Part shown: positions 58,382-64,000 of the stretch, piece after piece
Position numbering within the stretch: position 1 is the first letter of the stretch
Layout of the letters: the number at the start of each line of letters is the position of its first letter
DNA from: Candidatus Rokubacteria bacterium 13_1_40CM_68_15
Lineage (GTDB): Bacteria; Methylomirabilota; Methylomirabilia; Rokubacteriales; CSP1-6
Direction of reading: 5' to 3'
Assembly: GCA_001917585.1 (NCBI GenBank)
Contig: MNEG01000048.1
Location: 23,362-87,361 of the forward strand
Length of the DNA stretch: 64,000 nucleotides
Notes under the pieces: model-generated
Database searches by the model: none
Told to the model about the DNA's origin: nothing
Seen by the model: only the letters and a program-made list of their open reading frames with translations
Made by a program: the position numbers and the translations under genes

Positions 58382-59404
58382 ATGAAGATCGACGTCTTCC
58401 CTCACATCATGCCGCGCAAGTTCTTCGACCGGATGCTGGCGGTCGCGCCGCCCGGCCTGACGCTCCAGAAGCGAATGAGCGGTATCCCGGTCCTCGTGGA
58501 CGTCGAGCAGCGCTTCCGGATCATGGATCGCTACGACGGTTACGTGCAGGTGCTCACGCTGGCCAATCCTCCGCTGGAGGTCATCGGTGGGCCCGACGTG
58601 ACGCCCGATCTCGCGCGCCTGGCCAACGACGAGATGGCCGCGCTGGTCGCCAAGCATACCGACCGGTTCCCGGGCTTCGTCGCGTCGCTACCCATGAACA
58701 ATCCGGAGGCCGCGCTGAAGGAGATCGACCGGGCCATCGACGGGCTGGGGGCGACGGGCGTGCAGATGTTCAGTAACGTCAATCGGCGTCCGCTGGACCT
58801 GCCGGAGTTCCAGCCGCTGTTCGACCGGATGGCCGAGCGGCGGCTACCGATCTGGCTCCATCCGGCCAGGCCGGCCGTCGCCGACTACGTGGGAGAGCCG
58901 CGCTCGAAGTTCGATCTCTGGTGGGCGTTCGGCTGGCCGTATGAGACGTCGGTGGCCATGGGCCGGCTCGTCTTCTCGGGCATCTTCGACCGCCACCCCG
59001 ACCTCGTGATCATCACCCATCACATGGGCGCGATGATTCCGTTCTGCGCGGGACGAGTCGGAGGCGGCCTCGACCAGCTCGGCACGCGCAGCGACGACGT
59101 CGAGGACGGTGCCGCCCTCGGCCGACTGCGCAAGCGGCCCATCGACTACTTCCGGATGTTCTACGGAGACACCGCGCTCTTCGGCGCCTGGCACGCGATG
59201 GAGTCGGGGCTGGCGTTCTTCGGGGCCGATCACATCCTGTTCGGGACCGACATGCCATTCGATCCTGAACGCGGGCCGGGATTCGTCCGCGACACGATCG
59301 CCGCGATGGAGCGCATGCGCGCGACCGCCCAGGACAAGGCGATCATCTACGAGGGCAACGCCCGCCGGCTGCTCAAGCTTCGGCTGCCCGGCGCGAGCCG
59401 CTAG
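58382..59404 (+). CDS. Amidohydrolase_2 family protein (ACMSD/LigW-type metal-dependent decarboxylase/hydrolase)
   Basis: MKIDVFPHIMP..., WLHP..., HHMGAMIPF, FGTDMPF, characteristic of the ACMSD-like subfamily as I recall it. Confidence 0.8.
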   Translation: MKIDVFPHIMPRKFFDRMLAVAPPGLTLQKRMSGIPVLVDVEQRFRIMDRYDGYVQVLTLANPPLEVIGGPDVTPDLARLANDEMAALVAKHTDRFPGFVASLPMNNPEAALKEIDRAIDGLGATGVQMFSNVNRRPLDLPEFQPLFDRMAERRLPIWLHPARPAVADYVGEPRSKFDLWWAFGWPYETSVAMGRLVFSGIFDRHPDLVIITHHMGAMIPFCAGRVGGGLDQLGTRSDDVEDGAALGRLRKRPIDYFRMFYGDTALFGAWHAMESGLAFFGADHILFGTDMPFDPERGPGFVRDTIAAMERMRATAQDKAIIYEGNARRLLKLRLPGASR

Positions 59405-59766
59405 CTCGCGGCGCGCTGTCCCGGCCGTTCCGTCTGCATCGCGTCCTCGACGCTGGCGCCGGGAAAGAGTCGCGCGACGCCCCGCTCGACCGCATGGACT
59501 ACGCGGGCGCGCTCGGCGTCCGAGGGCATCACACCCGAGAGCGCGACGTTCGTCACGCCGTCGACATCGACCGACACCTCGGGGACGAAGACGAGGCCGG
59601 CCAGGGCCGGGTCGCGCCGCAGCTCGGCGACCAGCCGCCGCTGCAGGTGCTCGGCACGATCGCGCCAGAGGCGCCGGCGCTCGAGGTAGCGCACGCCGAT
59701 GGCGACCACGACACCGGTGATGACGACGAGCGCGACGCCTAGCATGATCAGCCCTCCGTTCGACAT
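59401..59766 (-). CDS. Hypothetical membrane-anchored protein (121 aa)
   Basis: N-terminal TM helix LIMLGVALVVITGVVVAIGV followed by a soluble domain. It converges on the amidohydrolase gene with a 4-nt overlap. Confidence 0.5.
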   Translation of the reverse strand: MSNGGLIMLGVALVVITGVVVAIGVRYLERRRLWRDRAEHLQRRLVAELRRDPALAGLVFVPEVSVDVDGVTNVALSGVMPSDAERARVVHAVERGVARLFPGASVEDAMQTERPGQRAAS

Positions 59767-59870
59767 GATACTCGCGATTTTGTTGCGGGCAACGGTGCTG
59801 GCGATTCCCCGTCAGGGACGATTTCACGCCTGTCTCCCGCCGGGGTCACGCCGGTCAGAGGAGGCTCATC

Positions 59871-60056
59871 ATGAACGCGACATCTGTCACGCTGACATCG
59901 GCGGTGCGACGCGCCTGGGACAGCCTGAAGCGCCGGCGAGGCGATGCCCTCGAGGTGTGGGTCACACCGTATCACACGCGCCGGGCGGACGAGGACCCCC
60001 GCACGATCGAGCGGGAGCTTCGGAGCCGCCAGGCGCAGTGGCGGCTGCGATGCTGA
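59871..60056 (+). CDS. Hypothetical small basic protein (61 aa)
   Basis: Strong gaggagg 7 nt upstream of the ATG. No family recognised. Confidence 0.4.
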   Translation: MNATSVTLTSAVRRAWDSLKRRRGDALEVWVTPYHTRRADEDPRTIERELRSRQAQWRLRC

Positions 60057-60069
60057 GAGGGCGAACGTC

Positions 60070-61791
60070 CTATGTGCGCTCCACGATGTACAGGTGCGAG
60101 AGCATGTCGACGTACGCGTTGCCTTCGATGACCATCTCGCCCTGCCGATTCTTCTCGATCCCGCGCACCCACGGCTTGGCTGCCCCGTAGCGCACGAACC
60201 ACGCGACGGGGACGTACCCCACGTCGGTCTGGAGGATCTCCTCCGCGCGCGCGTAGTGCTGGAGCCGCCTGGCCTGATCGCGCGTGTCACGCCCGGCCTC
60301 GAGCTCGCGATCGAACGCGTCGTTCACCCACGCCTGCCGTCGGCCTGTCGTCTTCTTCCCGTAGAAGGTGTCGAAGTACTCGTTGTGGGGGTCGGGGTAG
60401 TCCATGAACCAGCTGATCCAGATGAGCTGCAGATCCTGCTTCCACACCCGCTCGAGGAAGACGCGCGGCTCCAGCACCTCGAGCTCGGTACGCATGCCAA
60501 GATGCTCGAGCAGGACCGCTTGCACGGCCTCGGCCAGGGGCTTGGAGCCCAGGGCTTGCTCACGCATCGACAGCGTGATCTTCGGCCAGTTCCGCCCGCG
60601 CTCGTAGGACGTGCCCTTGAGCTGTTCCATCGCCAGCTTGGGATCGAAGCGCTGGATCGCCTTGATGCGGGGATCGTCGAGCGCGCCGGGAACGCCCGGC
60701 GGGATCATGGCGTGCGCGGGAATGGCGAAGCCCTGCGCGACCTTCACGACGTTGTCCCGGTCGATGGCGTGAGCCACCGCGCGCCGGACCTTGATGTTGT
60801 CGAACGGGGGCTTGGTCACCTGGGGAAGCAGGTACCAGGTGCCGGGGAACGGATAGCGGAAGACCTCCCGGCCGGTCTTCGGACTCGACTGCAGTCGCTT
60901 GAGGTCGCCGACCTGGAGCGACGTCATGTCGATCTCGTTGTTCTCGTACGGAAGCGCGCCGGCGGCGTTGGGAATGATCGGGATCACGACCTTGTCGAGG
61001 AGGACGTCCTTGACGCCGAAGAAGTGGCGGTTCTTCCGCAGCACCATCGTGCGATGGTGCTCCCAGCTCTCCAGCACGAACGGGCCATTGCCGACGATGT
61101 TGGCGGCCTCCGTCCACTTGTCGCCGTGCTTCTCGATCGAAGCCCGGTGCCCGGGCAGCGCGGCCAGATAGGCGGACAGCACGGGGAAGTAGGCGCGCGG
61201 CCCTTCCAGCGTCACCTCGAGCGTCCAATCGCCCTTCGCCCGCACGCCGACCTGATTGCGGTCGGCGAGCTGCTTCTTGTTGAAGGCCTCGGCGTTCTTG
61301 ATGTCGTAGAGGAACGCGGCGTAGGGAGCGGCCGTCGCGGGATCGAGCTGGCGCTTCAAGGACCACTCGAAGTCGTGAGCCGAGCACGGCGTGCCGTCGG
61401 ACCAGCGTGAGTCCTTTCGGATGGCGAAGGTCCAGACCGAGGCCTCCTTGTTGGAGGTGACCTTCTCGGCGACGTAGGGCACCGCCTCGAGCTCGGCGTT
61501 GAACTTCATGAGCCCGGCGAAGAGGGCGGGCACGCCGAGGCAGTAGAGGTCCTTGTTGTAGTCGTGACTCGACGGGTCTTTCTGGTACCAGCCGCCGCCA
61601 CCGTAGCGGAAGACCTGCTCCTTGGCCAGCCGCTCGCCCGGGGCCGGCCGCGGAGACGCCGAGGCTCGCCGCGCGTCGAAGCCGACGGCTCCGAGCGCGA
61701 CCACGCCCGCCGCCACGCGCATGAACTCGCGGCGGCCGACGCCGAGGACGGCCAGCCTCCGCTCGAGCAGATCGAGCTGCTCCATCGACAC
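60070..61791 (-). CDS. ABC transporter substrate-binding protein, family 5 (peptide/nickel/opine type), with a Tat-type signal
   Basis: N-terminal RREFMRVAAGVVALGAV twin-arginine signal. 573 aa with a typical SBP_bac_5 layout. Confidence 0.85.
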   Translation of the reverse strand: MSMEQLDLLERRLAVLGVGRREFMRVAAGVVALGAVGFDARRASASPRPAPGERLAKEQVFRYGGGGWYQKDPSSHDYNKDLYCLGVPALFAGLMKFNAELEAVPYVAEKVTSNKEASVWTFAIRKDSRWSDGTPCSAHDFEWSLKRQLDPATAAPYAAFLYDIKNAEAFNKKQLADRNQVGVRAKGDWTLEVTLEGPRAYFPVLSAYLAALPGHRASIEKHGDKWTEAANIVGNGPFVLESWEHHRTMVLRKNRHFFGVKDVLLDKVVIPIIPNAAGALPYENNEIDMTSLQVGDLKRLQSSPKTGREVFRYPFPGTWYLLPQVTKPPFDNIKVRRAVAHAIDRDNVVKVAQGFAIPAHAMIPPGVPGALDDPRIKAIQRFDPKLAMEQLKGTSYERGRNWPKITLSMREQALGSKPLAEAVQAVLLEHLGMRTELEVLEPRVFLERVWKQDLQLIWISWFMDYPDPHNEYFDTFYGKKTTGRRQAWVNDAFDRELEAGRDTRDQARRLQHYARAEEILQTDVGYVPVAWFVRYGAAKPWVRGIEKNRQGEMVIEGNAYVDMLSHLYIVERT

Positions 61792-61810
61792 ACTCCTCTC
61801 GCTGGCGCGG

Positions 61811-62695
61811 CTACTGCAATTTCGGATCGAGCGCGTCGCGGACGCCGTCGCCCAGGAAGGTGAACGACAGCATCGTAACCGCGATGGCGATGGACGGGAA
61901 GACGCAGAGGTGCCAGTACGAGCGCAGGTACTGCTGGCCTTCGCCCACCATCTGACCCCAGGAGGGCGTGGGCGGGTTGATGCCGACCCCGATGAACGAC
62001 AGCGCCGCCTCCGTGAAGATGGCCTCCGGGATGCCGAATGTGACGGCGACGACGATCGGCGTGAGCGCGTTGGGCACGATGTGGCGAGCCAGCACGCGTC
62101 CGCCGCCGGCCCCCAGCGCGCGGGCAGCGTCGGCGAACTCCTTCTCCTTGAGCGCGAGCACCTGGGCCCGCGTCTGACGGGCGATCCCGACCCAGCCGGT
62201 GACGCCGATGGCGATGAAGATGTTGGCCAGGCCGGCGCCCAGCATCGACATGACGAGGATCACGAAGAGGAGGCGGGGGAACGCGTACATCACGTCGACG
62301 ATGCGCGTGAGCGCGAGATCGGTCCGGCCGCCGAGGTAGCCGGAGAGCGCGCCGATGGGCACGCCGAGGAGGACGATGATGACCTGGGCGCCGAGGCCGA
62401 CCAGCATCGAGATGCGCGCGCCATAGATGATCCGGGAGAGCACGTCGCGGCCGAGCTGATCGGTCCCGAGCGGATAATCGCGCGATGGCCCTTCGTTGAG
62501 CCGGCCGAAGTTCGTCTTGGTGTAGGCGTAGGGGGCCAGCACGTTGGCGAAGATCGCGACCACGCAGAGCGCGATCACCACCAGTCCGCCGGCCACCGCG
62601 AGCTTGTTGCGAAGTAATCGCCGGAGCGCGTCGCGCGCCAGCGAGCCCGCCCGCGCCCTAGTATCTGATTCGAGGGTCAAGGAAACCGTAGACAA
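61811..62695 (-). CDS. ABC transporter permease (DppC/OppC type)
   Basis: Polytopic, with GTDQLGRDVLSRIIYGARIS and the EAA loop FADAARALGAGGGRVLARHIVPN. Confidence 0.85.
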   Translation of the reverse strand: MSTVSLTLESDTRARAGSLARDALRRLLRNKLAVAGGLVVIALCVVAIFANVLAPYAYTKTNFGRLNEGPSRDYPLGTDQLGRDVLSRIIYGARISMLVGLGAQVIIVLLGVPIGALSGYLGGRTDLALTRIVDVMYAFPRLLFVILVMSMLGAGLANIFIAIGVTGWVGIARQTRAQVLALKEKEFADAARALGAGGGRVLARHIVPNALTPIVVAVTFGIPEAIFTEAALSFIGVGINPPTPSWGQMVGEGQQYLRSYWHLCVFPSIAIAVTMLSFTFLGDGVRDALDPKLQ

Positions 62696-63584
62696 GGTCC
62701 ACCGCGAGGTTCATGACGGCCAGGAACGCGCCGTAGGTGAGGACGACGGCCATGATCATCGGGTAATCGCGCCCCGTCATCGACAGCACGAAGAAGCGGC
62801 CGAGCCCGGGCACGCGGAAGATCGACTCCACGAAGAACGACCCGGTGCCGATGGCGGCGAACATGGGCCCCAGCACGGTGACCACCGGGATCAGCGCGTT
62901 CTTGAGCACGTGCTTGAAGATCACCGGCGCCTCGCTCAAGCCCTTGGCCCGCGCGGTGAGCGTGAAGTCCGAGCGAATGACGTCGAGCACGGCCGCGCGC
63001 GTGAAGCGGGCGACGATGCCGAGGGGGCCGAGGGCCAGCGTCAACGTCGGCAGCACCCACGCGCGCGGCGACTCCCAGCCGCCGGTGGGGAAGAGCGGCA
63101 CCATCAGCGAGAAGAGAATGATCATGAAGACGGCCAGGACGAAGTTGGGCACGGCCACGCCCGCCGTGGCGACGCTGACCGAGACGTAATCCCAGGTGCG
63201 GTTCTGATGGACCGCGGCCACGACGCCGAGGGCAAGGCCGCCGGCGACGGCGACAGCCATGGCCATCGCTCCCAGCATGAGCGACACGGGCAGCGCCTCG
63301 CCGATGATTTCCGCCACCGTGCGCGAGCGATAGACGAACGAGGTGCCGAAGTCCCCCTGCACCGCCTTTCCGACGAAGATCGCGAACTGCTCCCACAGCG
63401 GCCGGTCGAGGCCGTACCGCGCGGCGAGATTGCGCTGGGCCTCGGGCGTGAGCGGATTGGCGCCTTCGGCGATGGGGTCGAGCGGGCTCCCCGGCGTGGC
63501 GTGCATCACCAGGAATGTCACGAGTGCCATGGCCAGCAGCGTGGGCACCAGCCACAAGATCCGGCGTGTGGCGTAGATCAGCAC
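62658..63584 (-). CDS. ABC transporter permease (DppB/OppB type)
   Basis: MLIYATRRILWLVPTLLAMALVTF..., with DFTLTARAKGLSEAPVIFKHVLKNAL. Confidence 0.85.
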   Translation of the reverse strand: MLIYATRRILWLVPTLLAMALVTFLVMHATPGSPLDPIAEGANPLTPEAQRNLAARYGLDRPLWEQFAIFVGKAVQGDFGTSFVYRSRTVAEIIGEALPVSLMLGAMAMAVAVAGGLALGVVAAVHQNRTWDYVSVSVATAGVAVPNFVLAVFMIILFSLMVPLFPTGGWESPRAWVLPTLTLALGPLGIVARFTRAAVLDVIRSDFTLTARAKGLSEAPVIFKHVLKNALIPVVTVLGPMFAAIGTGSFFVESIFRVPGLGRFFVLSMTGRDYPMIMAVVLTYGAFLAVMNLAVDLVYGFLDPRIRY

Positions 63585-63745
63585 CTTCGTCCTTTATACC
63601 CCGCACGGCTTGTTCAGCGGGAATTTAGCAGTGGCAGTCGGCAAAACACGGCAGACCACGGCAGGACGGGCGACAGGACGCAACAGGTCGTCGGTTCATC
63701 ATGCTGCTCATGGGAAGAGCCTTGCCGGCTCCGACGCCCTCGGCT

Positions 63746-64000
63746 ATGTTCGAGCCTACGAACAAAGGGGCCTCGACCCGCCTAGTGTATTGTGAAGACG
63801 GAGCTGTCACAAAAGCCCTGCGCGCGCTACAACGGGAAGGGACGATCACCCTGGTGGCCTTTCCGTACGAGAACCGCAACCGACGAATCAAGGAGCGCGC
63901 CCAACCGTCGCGGATCACGATGGATGCGAAGTTCATCACCTGGGCGGATACCGCTATCCGCTTCTCAGACCGCGAGTCGGATATGTTTGAGCGCATTCAG
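63746..64000 (+). CDS. Hypothetical protein, N-terminal fragment running off the window end
   Basis: This frame is not in the ORF track because no stop is reached. My translation from the ATG at 63746: MFEPTNKGASTRLVYCEDGAVTKALRALQREGTITLVAFPYENRNRRIKERAQPSRITMDAKFITWADTAIRFSDRESDMFERIQ. It looks more protein-like than the listed antisense ORF 63625-63996. Confidence 0.35.
   Translation, partial: MFEPTNKGASTRLVYCEDGAVTKALRALQREGTITLVAFPYENRNRRIKERAQPSRITMDAKFITWADTAIRFSDRESDMFERIQ

Noticed and set aside
63625-63996. The listed 123-aa minus-strand ORF at the window end.
   Set aside because: Its translation is Ser, Arg and Cys-rich and not protein-like. The opposite strand carries a more convincing open frame from 63746 that runs off the window.
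1-64000. Search by eye for tRNA, rRNA, tmRNA, insertion sequences, integrases, phage genes, toxin-antitoxin pairs, cas genes and known defence-system hallmarks.
   Set aside because: None recognised. The intergenic regions are short, and the few longer ones are described above. This is a visual inspection only; tRNAscan, Infernal and defence-system HMM scans were not run.

Overview
This is a high-GC, densely coding bacterial chromosomal segment. I call about 60 protein genes, many joined by 4-nt ATGA or GTGA start/stop overlaps. I saw no rRNA, tRNA, transposase, integrase, prophage or CRISPR array. All calls rest on reading the ORF translations and on family motifs recalled from memory; no search was run.

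Gene content, left to right:
- A D-aminoacylase fragment, an aldehyde dehydrogenase and a three-subunit molybdenum hydroxylase (FAD, 2Fe-2S and Mo subunits).
- A ModE-like regulator, followed by an interleaved tungstate/molybdate ABC transporter operon (tupA-tupB-modA-modB-modC plus a second ATPase).
- DUF465, moaC and an HDAC/AcuC gene.
- On the minus strand: asnB, a GT39, a GT2, a SCO1/SenC protein and an SBP56 (MtoX-like) protein.
- A 1170-aa zinc-ribbon/adenylate-cyclase/NTPase/TPR protein.
- The housekeeping string tmk-holB-ricT-metG-tatD.
- Assorted peptidases, hisC, glnD and a lytic transglycosylase.
- A tandem UbiD pair with a TAXI-TRAP transporter and an amidohydrolase_2 enzyme.
- A peptide-type ABC importer.

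Main result of the hunt: two unrelated genes about 8 kb apart each carry a single in-frame TGA exactly where their families have a catalytic cysteine.
- A CTP-synthase-C-terminal-like amidotransferase domain has the TGA at 32600.
- A MerB-like organomercurial lyase has the TGA at 40380-40382 on the minus strand.
- Each TGA is followed, after a 12-nt spacer, by a short hairpin whose apical loop starts with G. This matches the geometry of bacterial SECIS elements, so both are candidate selenoproteins.

Other anomalies:
- A perfect 576-bp in-frame tandem duplication inside metG.
- A low-GC replacement patch and a duplicated 3' end in the TRAP permease gene.
- A 27-bp-stem inverted repeat in a convergent intergenic region.
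- A textbook sigma-54 promoter in front of a small orphan gene.
- An in-frame CDP-alcohol-phosphatidyltransferase/lytic-transglycosylase fusion.
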